Positions 39,438-49,259 are shown, counted from the whole stretch's first letter. The stretch: 61,485 nucleotides of DNA, filler included, from 8 parts of 8 records of this genome joined end to end with filler, not necessarily neighbours in it; one strand, 5' to 3'. The notes: generated from the sequence alone by a model not told the origin. Program-made: numbers and translations.

Positions 39438-41837
39438 ATGATAAAAAGAGATTATTTATTTGAATTAGAGAGTTGCATGAATAACACGCTTAACTTTAAG
39501 CAAACAGATGGAGAAACTCAAGTTAAAGTATTTGTTTTAGAAGAAGATATCATTAGAGTATTATTCTTTGAAAATGAATTAAAAATGAAAAGAACTTGGC
39601 TTGTAGCTCCTGGAATGGATGATACAGACAAAGAGGGAAGAGACAGAATGGATATCTCTCCTTTTACACTACCAAACTTCGATTACAAAATTAATAATAA
39701 TGAATGTACAATTGAAACTTCTAAAATGAAAGTAGTTTTCAATTTAGACGGAATGAAAGCTGTTTGGTCATATAAAGGTGAAAATGATGATATTGTTTTC
39801 GCAAAAGATAGAAAAACACAAGCTTATAACTTAGAGGGTTCTCTTGGAAATGGTGTATTCCATTACTTAGAAAGAAATCTAGATGAAGATTACTACGGAT
39901 TAGGGGAAAAAGCTGGGAATTCAAATAGACACGGGAAGTCATATAAAATGTTAAATGTTGATCCAATGGGATATGATGCAGAGTTCTCTGACCCATTATA
40001 CAAACATGTACCTTTTTATATAACTAGAAACACTGAAACAAAAGTATCATTTGGTATCTTCTATGATAACTTATCTACATCTATATTTGATATGGGTAAA
40101 GAGTTAGATAACTATCACGGATTATACAGATACTACAATGCTGAAGATGGGGATTTAGATTATTATATAATCCTAGGACCTGAGATGAAAAACATCACAC
40201 AGAGATTCTCATGGTTATCAGGAAAAACTATATTTATGCCTAAATGGAGTATCGGTTACTCTGGTTCAACTATGCACTATACAGATGCACCTAATGCGCA
40301 AGAGCAATTACAGAATTTTGCTAAAAAGTGTATTGAGCATGATATTCCATGTGATTCATTCCAGCTATCATCAGGATATACTTCTATTGGAAACAAAAGA
40401 TATGTATTCAACTGGAACTATGATAAAGTGCCTACACCAAAAGAGATGTCAAAGGATTTCCATGATAATGGAATCAGACTATGTGCAAACATCAAACCTG
40501 CACTATTAGTTGACCATCCAAAATACAAAGAGTTAGAAGAGAAAAAGATGTTCGTAATGGATGCTAAAGGTGAAAAACCTGAAGTAGCTCAATTTTGGGA
40601 TGAACTAGGAGCATATGTTGATTTCACTAACCCTGAATCATTTAACTGGTGGAAAGAGCAAGTTACAGAGCAACTACTTGAATTTGGAATAGACAGTACT
40701 TGGAATGATAACAACGAGTATGAAATCTGGGACGGAGACGCTAAACTTAACGGATTTGGTAATGAAATGACTATCAACCAATTAAGACCTCTACATGCTT
40801 TACTTATGATGAAAGCATCATATGAAGCACAAAAAGAGTTTGCTCCAGAAATCAGACCATACTTAATCTCTAGATCAGGTGTACCAGGAATGCAGAGATA
40901 TGTACAAACTTGGTCAGGAGATAACAGAACATCATTTAATAACTTAAAATACAATATCAAAATGGGAATTGGTCTAAGCTTAAGTGGAATCTATAACATC
41001 GGACATGATGTTGGTGGCTTCTCAGGATTAGCACCTGAACCTGAACTATTCGTTAGATGGGTTCAAAATGGTATATTCCACCCAAGATTTACAATTCACT
41101 CGTGGAATGACGATGCAACTGTAAATGAACCGTGGATGTATCCAGAATACACATCATTTATTAGAGATGCAATTAAATTTAGAACTAAAATTACACCATA
41201 TATTTATAACTTAGTATATAGAGCGCATAACTTCTATGAACCTATGCTTAAACCAACTTTCTATGATTTCGAAAGTGATGCTCAGACATTCGTCGAGTCT
41301 GATGACTTTATGTTAGGTGACTCTATGTTAGTAGCATCAGTTGTAGAAAAAAGTCAATTTGAAAGAAAAGTATACCTACCTACATATGCAAATGGTTGGT
41401 ATGACTTCAATACAGAGATGTGGTATCAAGGAGGACAGGAGATAACAGTACCTGCACCTATCCATTACGCTCCACTGATGATAAAAGCCGGTTCAATTTT
41501 ACCAATAAATGATGCAGATATTACATTTAAGACAAAAGATAAAGATGAAAGAGGTTTCAAGCTTTATCCAACATATGAAGATAGCGAAACTACATATAAC
41601 TTATACGAAGATGATGGATATACAAATGATTTCCTAAAAGAGATCTATACTTTTGTAAAAGTTAATATGAGTTCAAAAGCTGACTCTATAGATGTAACGG
41701 TTTCTAAAGAGGGTAAATATGAACTTCCATACAAAACAGTTAGATTCTACTTACCAAAAGGTGAAACTAGAACTCTTACAATTAATGGAGAAACAGTAAC
41801 TAAAAATAATGAAAATACTTATGAAATAGAATTATAA
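39438..41837 (+). CDS. GH31 glycoside hydrolase, Aec37-like subgroup
   Basis: DPLYKHVPF, IPCDSFQLSSGYTS, nucleophile region WNDNNEY, acid/base region WSGDN, GHDVGGF. Confidence 0.9.
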   Translation: MIKRDYLFELESCMNNTLNFKQTDGETQVKVFVLEEDIIRVLFFENELKMKRTWLVAPGMDDTDKEGRDRMDISPFTLPNFDYKINNNECTIETSKMKVVFNLDGMKAVWSYKGENDDIVFAKDRKTQAYNLEGSLGNGVFHYLERNLDEDYYGLGEKAGNSNRHGKSYKMLNVDPMGYDAEFSDPLYKHVPFYITRNTETKVSFGIFYDNLSTSIFDMGKELDNYHGLYRYYNAEDGDLDYYIILGPEMKNITQRFSWLSGKTIFMPKWSIGYSGSTMHYTDAPNAQEQLQNFAKKCIEHDIPCDSFQLSSGYTSIGNKRYVFNWNYDKVPTPKEMSKDFHDNGIRLCANIKPALLVDHPKYKELEEKKMFVMDAKGEKPEVAQFWDELGAYVDFTNPESFNWWKEQVTEQLLEFGIDSTWNDNNEYEIWDGDAKLNGFGNEMTINQLRPLHALLMMKASYEAQKEFAPEIRPYLISRSGVPGMQRYVQTWSGDNRTSFNNLKYNIKMGIGLSLSGIYNIGHDVGGFSGLAPEPELFVRWVQNGIFHPRFTIHSWNDDATVNEPWMYPEYTSFIRDAIKFRTKITPYIYNLVYRAHNFYEPMLKPTFYDFESDAQTFVESDDFMLGDSMLVASVVEKSQFERKVYLPTYANGWYDFNTEMWYQGGQEITVPAPIHYAPLMIKAGSILPINDADITFKTKDKDERGFKLYPTYEDSETTYNLYEDDGYTNDFLKEIYTFVKVNMSSKADSIDVTVSKEGKYELPYKTVRFYLPKGETRTLTINGETVTKNNENTYEIEL

Positions 41838-41860
41838 TTTTTCATACATAATAAAACCTT

Positions 41861-41915
41861 GCGCCGAGATTTGCTTAGCTAAAAAAAGAACTCTCTTTTC
41901 CTTTTTAGCTAGTCA
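41861..41915 (+). terminator. Long imperfect hairpin after GH31
   Basis: CGCCGAGATTTG..TAGCTAAAAA pairing with TTTTTAGCTA..CAGGTCTTGGCG. Confidence 0.5.
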
Positions 41916-41961
41916 GGTCTTGGCGTTAAAATTTATAATAGTGTGCGTAAATTTTCGCACA

Positions 41962-42061
41962 NNNNNNNNNNNNNNNNNNNNNNNNNNNNNNNNNNNNNNN
42001 NNNNNTTAATTAATTAANNNNNNNNNNNNNNNNNNNNNNNNNNNNNNNNNNNNNNNNNNNN
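41962..42061. other. Artificial contig linker
   Basis: 44 N + TTAATTAATTAA + 44 N. Confidence 0.98.
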
Positions 42062-42663
42062 TTGCCGTCGCTTAAGACTCCATGCCCCAGGGCCAGGCCG
42101 CCTTTGAGGCTGCGCTTTGTAGTTTTTTGTTGTTTTGTTCTGATCGTTTGACCAGACTGCGCTCCTACGGATGTCGGTAGAGTTTCGGCATATATTTTTT
42201 TATGGCCGAGACCGAGAACGCTGGGATGCACTCCAAGTTCCCAGGCAATAACGCCCCAGCCCATGCCGTCGGCTTTCATGGCCGCTATCTCATCGGCCTT
42301 GACGCCTACAGCCTCGGAAAATATGGAATTAGCGTTGTCCTGGGCTTCCTTCAAGGCTTTTTCGAGCGCTTCCATTTCTTCTTCGGTAATATCATCGGGA
42401 GCATTGGTTATGGCTTCTTCAGCTTCACGCACTGCATCAATCGCTTCGGGCAAGCCCTCTATTTCTTCCGGCTCGATGGAGGCCAGAGCCAGATTGTGCG
42501 CTTTGGCCCTTTGCGCCGCATTCATGGCCGGGGCTTCCTCGGCAGCGACCGGTTCCTCAACAACTTCCTGGGCCAAAGCCAATACCGGCTTGTGGCACAG
42601 GCCTGTCAGGAATAACATCGCAATGAACACTATCAGGAGGTAATCTGCTTTTTTTGTTAACAT
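42062..42663 (-). CDS. Exported acidic helical hypothetical protein; 3'-truncated
   Basis: Signal peptide ending ALA, Glu/Ala-rich helices, GMGWGVIAWELGVHP motif. Confidence 0.7.
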
Positions 42664-42690
42664 GGTTTTGTCCTCTATATTGGTTCCGGT

Positions 42691-43677
42691 TTATATATTG
42701 TTAAAGTTTATTGATGTATTCAGTGAGAAAATTTTCTTGCCGGCCAGGATGCGCTCGGGACTGTTGTGATATTTGACCTTCAATCGTCCGGCTTCGACTT
42801 TTGGATAATGCTTTAGAATATAGTCCCTTATGGCCTGGGCTCTTTGCCTGGCCAAATCGTTGTTGCCCTTGTAGTAGCTCTCGATAACAATATTGACTTT
42901 TTTATTGGTTTCCATTATCGATCCGACTACCTTTAAGGAAGGCTCTGCATCGGATGAAATATCGCTTGATTTTGGTTTGAATTTAATCCATTCGAGAGTA
43001 ACCAGCCTGGGACCTATTTTATGGTTTCGATAAGAAAAGTCTCCTTTAAGGTTCAGGTAGTGGGCGGCTTCGCGAGCCAGTGAACCGTCCGGGTAGTAGG
43101 TCAGGTACTTTTTCCAGGCCTTTGTTTCATCACTAAGCAATTTCAACTGGTGTAAAACCAGGGCCCGGTTATACAGGGCTTCAGGTTGGTAAGGATCCAG
43201 CTTAAGGGCTTTGTCATAAAATTTAAGAGCTTCCCGCAGAGAACCGCCGTCCATGTAGTTATGCCCTAGATAAACGTGGGCGGCCACATGGGTTACGTCC
43301 AAATCGATGGCTCTTTGGTAACATTTCCTTTCTTTTGCGTAATCCATGACAGACCAGTAGGCCACGCCCAGCCAAAACTGGTTTTCCGCTTTATCTGGCT
43401 GTAAATAAACGGCTTTTGATAGATAGGGCAAAGCTTCTTCAGGGCGATTGAGCGCCAACAGATACCGTCCCATATAATAGTTTGCGGTAGGTTCATCAGG
43501 GCTTTTTTTCAAGGTTTCTGAAAAAGTTTTTACGCCCTGGTCGTATTTTTCTTCATTAAGATAGTAACTGCCCTTTATATGGCTCCCTACAGACCCCATG
43601 AATGAGCAACCAAAGGCAAATAAAACGACGGCCAGAGCAATATATAGTCTGTTTTTTCGTATTGTTTTATTTAACAA
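42691..43677 (-). CDS. TPR-repeat lipoprotein with degenerate OmpA-like C-terminal domain
   Basis: Lipobox AFG-C; about five TPRs; IKFKPKSS.I...L..V...LARQRAQAIRDYI...RL. Confidence 0.8.
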   Translation of the reverse strand: MLNKTIRKNRLYIALAVVLFAFGCSFMGSVGSHIKGSYYLNEEKYDQGVKTFSETLKKSPDEPTANYYMGRYLLALNRPEEALPYLSKAVYLQPDKAENQFWLGVAYWSVMDYAKERKCYQRAIDLDVTHVAAHVYLGHNYMDGGSLREALKFYDKALKLDPYQPEALYNRALVLHQLKLLSDETKAWKKYLTYYPDGSLAREAAHYLNLKGDFSYRNHKIGPRLVTLEWIKFKPKSSDISSDAEPSLKVVGSIMETNKKVNIVIESYYKGNNDLARQRAQAIRDYILKHYPKVEAGRLKVKYHNSPERILAGKKIFSLNTSINFNNI

Positions 43678-43767
43678 AATACCTCCTTGGAAAGCCTATG
43701 GGCAAGTCAGCGTTGAGTATCTGCCGGATCAAGCCTATTCACGGGCGGAATCTTCTTCATTAAACAG

Positions 43768-43797
43768 ATATACGGATGAAGTCGAAACCCGGTCACA
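43768..43797 (-). promoter_or_regulatory. Putative ECF-sigma promoter A (TPR lipoprotein)
   Basis: TGTGACC-gggtttcgacttcatc-CGTATAT (16-nt spacer). Confidence 0.8.
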
Positions 43798-43822
43798 GCT
43801 CTCCCCTAATTATACTGAGGTT

Positions 43823-44641
43823 CTATTGTCTCGGGGATCCGGTTGATCGCCCTTTTGCGGGTCCTAAACGCATGTTGCGCTTAGTGAATCCCATCTTGTT
43901 CATGGCCTCTCTCAAATCGCCCTTGTTATTAAGAACTTCAATATACACCTTGGCAATTTCGGAATCCTTGAGCCCTTTTTGCCTGGCCGCGGCCGTGGCC
44001 TGGGGCAGATAACGCCATTTTCCGGTCAGGCTGTTTTTGGCAAGGCCCATGAACAGGATTTGCCGGGCATACTTCATATTGAAGCCTAGTTGTTTGAAAA
44101 AGGCCAGATATTCGGATGCCTGCAGCACCATTTCGAGAGGAGCGGAAGGAGCTTGTTCAAGAAAGTCAATTAGTTCCTGGCGAGTAAGCCCCAGTTCGAG
44201 GGCTCCGACCAGGCTGGCCTGATCGGAGGGGGAAATAATTATATTTTCCATGTTCGGACTATGCATAGCCACAAGCGTCCGGCGGGCGAAAATATAATTA
44301 TCCATTTTTCTGATCAGGGCTGTTTCAATTTTTTGAGTGGGTATACTTTTACTGAGCCCTTCTTCAATTTTGTCAACAAAATCATCTCCGGGCAGCTTCT
44401 TTTTGCGGACATCTATAATGATATTTATAAATATTACAGTGGGCTGCGCATGCAGTCCATAATCGTGGCTTAAAGTGACCAGTTTTGACAACACTTCTTC
44501 GGTAACGCCTACTTCGCGAGCCTTGTTTAAAGCTTCCTTTATTGAAGGTTCGTTCGCCTCGGAACTGAACGAACTGTTCAAAGGGCAGGCGATAAAAAAT
44601 AGAGCCAATAAGGCCGCGGTTTTAAATAGCCAGTTTTTCAC
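43823..44641 (-). CDS. Exported helical hypothetical protein, third gene of the sigma operon
   Basis: Probable GTG start 44641 overlapping the anti-sigma end (ORF track starts 44680); signal-like MKNWLFKTAALLALFFIAC. Confidence 0.7.
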   Translation of the reverse strand: MKNWLFKTAALLALFFIACPLNSSFSSEANEPSIKEALNKAREVGVTEEVLSKLVTLSHDYGLHAQPTVIFINIIIDVRKKKLPGDDFVDKIEEGLSKSIPTQKIETALIRKMDNYIFARRTLVAMHSPNMENIIISPSDQASLVGALELGLTRQELIDFLEQAPSAPLEMVLQASEYLAFFKQLGFNMKYARQILFMGLAKNSLTGKWRYLPQATAAARQKGLKDSEIAKVYIEVLNNKGDLREAMNKMGFTKRNMRLGPAKGRSTGSPRQ

Positions 44642-45272
44642 CAACAAACACCACGGAATTTTTATTGCCAAAACCGTCATCTATGTTGAAGTCGGCTTTG
44701 GGGTCGGGAATTGTTTTGCGCCCGTCAATCAGAAATGAATATTCATGGCGACCTTTAGGCGCCAGGACCTCCAGGGTCCATGTTTTATTTTTCTTGTCGT
44801 ATTTCATTGTGTAGCCTTCAGGATCCCATGAATTGAAGTCTCCGATGACGCAAACCGATTTTGCGCTTGAATTTTCCAGTGTAAAAACTATCGGGACCAT
44901 TAAATTCGTAGCAAGTTGAACGGGTTGAGTGGTCAGACCATTAATCATCCATTGAGGAACCAGGGCCAGGGCCAGCAGTATGGCAATGGCGGCCGGCATC
45001 ATTTTCATAGGCGTAAAGGTAAATGTTACAGGCGTTTTCAGCCTGTGGGTCAAAGACAGCCATAGCGACGGTTTTTTCGGTTCGACAGCGGCCAGTATTT
45101 TAGTCGCCATCCAGGCGGGGGGCTCCTCCTGGGGAATCATTTTGATTTGGCTGGTTATTTCCATAAGTTCTTCATCACCGGCCGGGTAATCATCCGTGCC
45201 GAATATTGTCCTGTATTCATCAAGTTCGGAATATTTATCTTCCATGTTTTTTGGAGATTCATTCCTACTCAT
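44622..45272 (-). CDS. Putative anti-sigma factor with TM helix and C-terminal CBM48 (glycogen-binding) domain
   Basis: Overlaps the sigma stop; one TM; AKSVCVIGDFNSW, W..EV..PKGRHEYSFLIDG, DP, DDGFGNKNSV. Confidence 0.8.
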   Translation of the reverse strand: MSRNESPKNMEDKYSELDEYRTIFGTDDYPAGDEELMEITSQIKMIPQEEPPAWMATKILAAVEPKKPSLWLSLTHRLKTPVTFTFTPMKMMPAAIAILLALALVPQWMINGLTTQPVQLATNLMVPIVFTLENSSAKSVCVIGDFNSWDPEGYTMKYDKKNKTWTLEVLAPKGRHEYSFLIDGRKTIPDPKADFNIDDGFGNKNSVVFVGEKLAI

Positions 45273-45855
45273 TTCCCTTCTCCTTAAGGAGCAACCTGAT
45301 TTTTTTCAGTGCGCGGTGGATTCTCATTTTAGCTCCGCTGACGCTTGTCCCCAGAGCGTCGGCGATTTCCGATACGGACATATCTTCATAGTATCGTAGC
45401 ATCACAGCTTCACGATAGTCAAGAGGCAGACTTGCGACAACTCCTTTTAACATATTAAAATCCATGGCCATATCCAATTTTTCGGACCGCCTTCCTTCTT
45501 CTATTGATTGCCTGTCCGACAATTCGCCATTTAGCTCCACGGTAAAAATCTTGTTTTTCCTCAAGTGGTCCCTGGCATGGTTGATGCCTATAGCATATAA
45601 CCAGGGGAAAAACTTTTTGTTGCTCTTGAATGTATCAAGCTTGCTATAAGCTTTTATAAAAGTTTCCTGTGTAAGGTCCGCGGCGTCTTCATGATTTCCA
45701 CACATCCTGAACATGAGATTGAATATTTGTTTCTGGTAACGATTAATAAGAAAACCGAACGCATCTTTGTCTCCCAACAGGATAGATTCCACTATTTGTC
45801 CGTCTTCAACACTTTGCGCATTATAAATATCTTTATTCATGCGTCTATCAACCAT
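45265..45855 (-). CDS. ECF RNA polymerase sigma factor
   Basis: DAADLTQETFIKAY, FFPWLYAIGINHARD (region 2); LPLDYREAVMLRYYEDMSVSEIADALG (region 4). Confidence 0.95.
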   Translation of the reverse strand: MVDRRMNKDIYNAQSVEDGQIVESILLGDKDAFGFLINRYQKQIFNLMFRMCGNHEDAADLTQETFIKAYSKLDTFKSNKKFFPWLYAIGINHARDHLRKNKIFTVELNGELSDRQSIEEGRRSEKLDMAMDFNMLKGVVASLPLDYREAVMLRYYEDMSVSEIADALGTSVSGAKMRIHRALKKIRLLLKEKGNE

Positions 45856-45891
45856 ACAAATCGCATTGTGTTGACCGGACTATTTATCTGA

Positions 45892-45921
45892 ATATACGAT
45901 TCAGAATCCCTGGCGGTCACA
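45892..45921 (-). promoter_or_regulatory. Putative ECF-sigma promoter B (autoregulatory)
   Basis: TGTGACC-gccagggattctgaat-CGTATAT, 36 nt before the sigma ATG. Confidence 0.85.
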
Positions 45922-46150
45922 AAAACACCTTTACTCTTTTGAAATTAAAATGACAATATTCACAATAAGTATGCCATAAAGATAAATAAATTGCCCGTAG
46001 GATATTGTATTTATTACCGCAACACGCAACCGGACAGGGTTTGCGCCCCTCCCTATTGTTAACATATGAATATTATTTTGTTTAGGATAATTTTCAAAAT
46101 GAGGAAGTTTTTGTAGAATATATTATGCTGCCTTTTATCGGAAGGATATG

Positions 46151-46191
46151 AAAAAACCAGAGCCGCCGGGTTTAATCGGCGGCCCTGGTTT
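46151..46191 (-). terminator. Intrinsic terminator of the pilin cluster
   Basis: AAACCAGGGCCGCCG...CGGCGGCTCTGGTTTTTT on the minus strand. Confidence 0.75.
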
Positions 46192-46222
46192 CACCTTGAT
46201 ATTTTAATAATCGCTTATAAGT

Positions 46223-47710
46223 TTAATACTGAACATATGTAAAGTCTGTCTGGTCGATGCCGTCAATTTTTATGGCCAGGTCGTCTAAAAATATTTTGGC
46301 GTCGGCGCCGGAGCTTGCATAGGCATGGGCTCCGAATTCGGGTCTCGTGCACGGATATTCATATCGGCCCGAACTGTCGATAGGGGTTGTCGGTATTCCG
46401 GAACCGTCCACCAGGTTAGCTGTTGTCACGCTGTTATCCGCGTCTGAAATGTCGGGGCTGGTATAGTCGGACGGCCATGATATTGACTGCAGTTCATACC
46501 CGGGATCGGAGATTCCTTTCGCCAGAATGCTAATGGTGTTTGTTCTTGAACCGCACGGTGGAAACGCAGAGCCGACCGGCGTACAATCTTCCTGGACCCG
46601 GACAATAAGTGTTGACCAGTCCTTCAGCGTGCCGTCGGATTCTATGACAGAACCATGGGTTGCCGAAGTTAGTTTTTGACTGGACAGCAAGTGGAAGTCT
46701 CCGGAATCGAATTTCCAAAAAACAAGATAGACTGAATCCTTATCCAATCCGCCCAGGGTCATGGGGTCGGGCGGGACGGCCGGAGGTTCGCCCAACCAAC
46801 TGGGATAGTCCTTGGCTTTCTTTTCTGTTTCCGAATAAAAGAACGACACGCCGTAGTATGGTTCCGGGGTTTCCACGCCGGCGTTCTGGACCCTAAAAGA
46901 CAGGCCTATCAAGTAGTGGTGCAATTGTTTAAGTGTTTTTACCTTGACCTGCATTTCGTAACTAAGCAGATATTTCTGTTTATTCCAAGCCTTGGTAAGG
47001 TCGAGGCTGGGCAGGTTGCACCACTTGATACTTAGTCGAACGGATTCGTAACCGTTAGGTAAATTTACGGAAACAGCGGTTTGGAATTCCGTTACCTTGC
47101 CCATCATCTGCAGGACGGCTTCGTTTTTCTTTATTCCCGGATCTATAGTGAAGTCAGACAAATCGTCTTTTAATTCAAAGATGTTTTCCTTGCTGAATCC
47201 TTCATGGGGCTTGGTAATATCAAATACGACTTCCCGGTTGGCCTCCTGGGAACCGCTGCCCACGGTTCCCCTGGAGACGAGCCGCAGCCGGTAAGGATCG
47301 ATCTCGCCTTCATTGAAAAGGGGCATGGTTTTGACATTAAAGGACTCATTATTCGGCAGACTGATACTTACGCCGGAATCATCAGGGTATCCGCCCGCGG
47401 GATAGTAGTAACCGGGGGGGTCGTTAAAATCATTTCTAAGCCGGGCGAATGTGTACCAAAGACCGCTTTCCGCTATATAGTAAGCCCTGGACATCTGGTT
47501 AACTTTTAATTCGCTCATTGTCGTGGTCGTGTAAAGGGATGTCATGACGGCGGCCAATACGCCGACCAGGACAAGGGCAACAATTATACCAATCAGGATC
47601 GTTCCATTTTCTTTTCTGCCGGTTGAAAGGAGAGCTTTCGGCAAAAAGCCGCCGGGATTGATCCTGCCGAACTTCATTCTGTTTCCTTTCATTGGGTCCA
47701 TAAGCATCAT
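46223..47710 (-). CDS. PilX/MshP-like minor pilin with large C-terminal beta-rich domain
   Basis: ENG-TILIGIIVALVLVG prepilin-like site lacking Glu5; RAYYIAESG; SRGTVG; exact start uncertain. Confidence 0.75.
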   Translation of the reverse strand: MMLMDPMKGNRMKFGRINPGGFLPKALLSTGRKENGTILIGIIVALVLVGVLAAVMTSLYTTTTMSELKVNQMSRAYYIAESGLWYTFARLRNDFNDPPGYYYPAGGYPDDSGVSISLPNNESFNVKTMPLFNEGEIDPYRLRLVSRGTVGSGSQEANREVVFDITKPHEGFSKENIFELKDDLSDFTIDPGIKKNEAVLQMMGKVTEFQTAVSVNLPNGYESVRLSIKWCNLPSLDLTKAWNKQKYLLSYEMQVKVKTLKQLHHYLIGLSFRVQNAGVETPEPYYGVSFFYSETEKKAKDYPSWLGEPPAVPPDPMTLGGLDKDSVYLVFWKFDSGDFHLLSSQKLTSATHGSVIESDGTLKDWSTLIVRVQEDCTPVGSAFPPCGSRTNTISILAKGISDPGYELQSISWPSDYTSPDISDADNSVTTANLVDGSGIPTTPIDSSGRYEYPCTRPEFGAHAYASSGADAKIFLDDLAIKIDGIDQTDFTYVQY

Positions 47711-47728
47711 CTCCCGCTCGACAACAAG

Positions 47729-48214
47729 CTATTCCGGCTTGTTCCTGTGAAACACTTTCGTTGAAAAAATCTTTGGCGAATCTTCCAGTGACAGCGTGAT
47801 TGATATTTCACGGGAGGAGGGAGTATAGGTTACCACAAATCCGCCCGGCTTGACTTTGTCGGTTAGCGTGTAAGACTGAGCGGATATAGTTGTATTCTGA
47901 AAGTATATGGCGTCTCCCTGTTGATAAAATCTGTGCGTCTCATTTCCTGAAAGTGTTCTTATATCAAAAGTTATGTCTCCGGCCTGGGAAAGCGGATAGA
48001 CAACTGATTCAGCGATCGTAAATTCCTTTACCATCCGCGCAACCGCAAATTGGGCCTTTTGCGTCGAATCCGTAGCTCTGCGCACAAGATCGAACCCTTC
48101 AACAATATTCACCAGGCCCATACCGGCCAGTGCGCCCACAAAACCCATTATAACCAGGGCGGCGATCAATTCTATTAAAGAGTAACCTTTTCTATTGGAG
48201 GTTGGTTTTCTCAT
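47729..48214 (-). CDS. Type IV minor pilin (PilW/MshO-like)
   Basis: KG-YSLIELI N-methylation motif; AQFAVARMVKEF. Confidence 0.85.
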   Translation of the reverse strand: MRKPTSNRKGYSLIELIAALVIMGFVGALAGMGLVNIVEGFDLVRRATDSTQKAQFAVARMVKEFTIAESVVYPLSQAGDITFDIRTLSGNETHRFYQQGDAIYFQNTTISAQSYTLTDKVKPGGFVVTYTPSSREISITLSLEDSPKIFSTKVFHRNKPE

Positions 48215-48375
48215 ATTGACCTCTTTTCGTTTCTCTTTCCGTTCGCCTTCAACCCTGTTCGATATGTGAATTCCCTATGGAGTTCGGTTTCTTTTTTGAA
48301 AGTCTCACATCAAACAGAAATTTATTTTAAAAGCTTTTTTCATTGTTGAATGACCCGACCAAGAAAGATTGTCAT

Positions 48376-48804
48376 TTATGGCAGGGTCATATAAACCGTT
48401 ATCTGTTCTCCCAAATGAGCAGGATTCGTGTTTAACATCTTGATTTTATACAGTATTGGCCCCGTCCCCGTGCAGTCGACGGGATCCGTACCGGGACTGC
48501 ACGGCACAGCCGTATTTCCCGACACCTGGTAATAAAAAGGCGGCGAGGATTCCAATACATGCCCGGCTTCAGGGACCATGGCCGAGCCGTTTCGATATGC
48601 ATTTGTGACATTTTCAAAATCCCGCTGCAGGGCCAGGGCCATATCCAGATTTGTTTGCGGCAGATGAATTTTCGCCAGGGCGCTGTTGCCGAAATAGGCC
48701 AGCATGGCCGAACCCAAAATCGCCACAATTACAAGGACGACAATCACTTCAAGTAATGTGAATCCACTACGGCGCTCTCGATATATGTTTTGGTTACCCG
48801 TCAT
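48376..48804 (-). CDS. Type IV minor pilin (PilV/MshD-like)
   Basis: SG-FTLLEVI motif; Cys pair. Confidence 0.85.
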   Translation of the reverse strand: MTGNQNIYRERRSGFTLLEVIVVLVIVAILGSAMLAYFGNSALAKIHLPQTNLDMALALQRDFENVTNAYRNGSAMVPEAGHVLESSPPFYYQVSGNTAVPCSPGTDPVDCTGTGPILYKIKMLNTNPAHLGEQITVYMTLP

Positions 48805-49259
48805 TGCATAAACCCCGTAAAAGCGGTAATGGTGAAACTTTTAGATATGGTTCCGCTCACTTGCACCGTCTTATCCGTAGCGCCAGGACTTCCCCATTCA
48901 TCAAAATTGACGCTGCCTCCCAGTATGGAAACAGTTATACCAGCAGGCAAAACATGAGTGTCAGAACCTTTATCAGGTAAAATAGGCGTTACTGAGCCGC
49001 TGGTAATCAATTTGTATGATTTTCCATCTGTTGCTTGTTGAATTCCCCAGGATTCAGTGGCCTGTGTCATAGCCTGATACTGAGCAAACCTGATATATGC
49101 TTTTAATTGTTCCAGTTGTCCGATTGTTTCCGCATCCGTGCTGCCGCCGGTCAAAGCCAGGGCTGTCGCAATTCCTATAAGTACAAGAATGGCGATAACC
49201 TCGATAAGGGTGAAGCCTTTTTTATTTTTCCGGATCGCCCGGTTTTCAATAGCTTTCAT
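48801..49259 (-). CDS. Type IV minor pilin (FimT/MshC-like)
   Basis: KG-FTLIEVI; LKAYIRFAQYQAM; FDEWGSP; TGF end. Confidence 0.85.
   Translation of the reverse strand: MKAIENRAIRKNKKGFTLIEVIAILVLIGIATALALTGGSTDAETIGQLEQLKAYIRFAQYQAMTQATESWGIQQATDGKSYKLITSGSVTPILPDKGSDTHVLPAGITVSILGGSVNFDEWGSPGATDKTVQVSGTISKSFTITAFTGFMQ

Noticed and set aside
39438-41837. GH31 as a sulfoquinovosidase
   Set aside because: Nucleophile motif is WNDNNE rather than WMADFGE, and no sulfoglycolysis genes are adjacent.
44475-44503. GTGACC on the plus strand as a fourth ECF promoter
   Set aside because: Inside a CDS, antisense, lacks the leading T and has no CGTATAT at 16 nt.
48215-48375. 160-nt gap inside the pilin cluster as a riboswitch or fourth promoter
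   Set aside because: No ECF motif, no recognisable riboswitch core and no strong stem seen.
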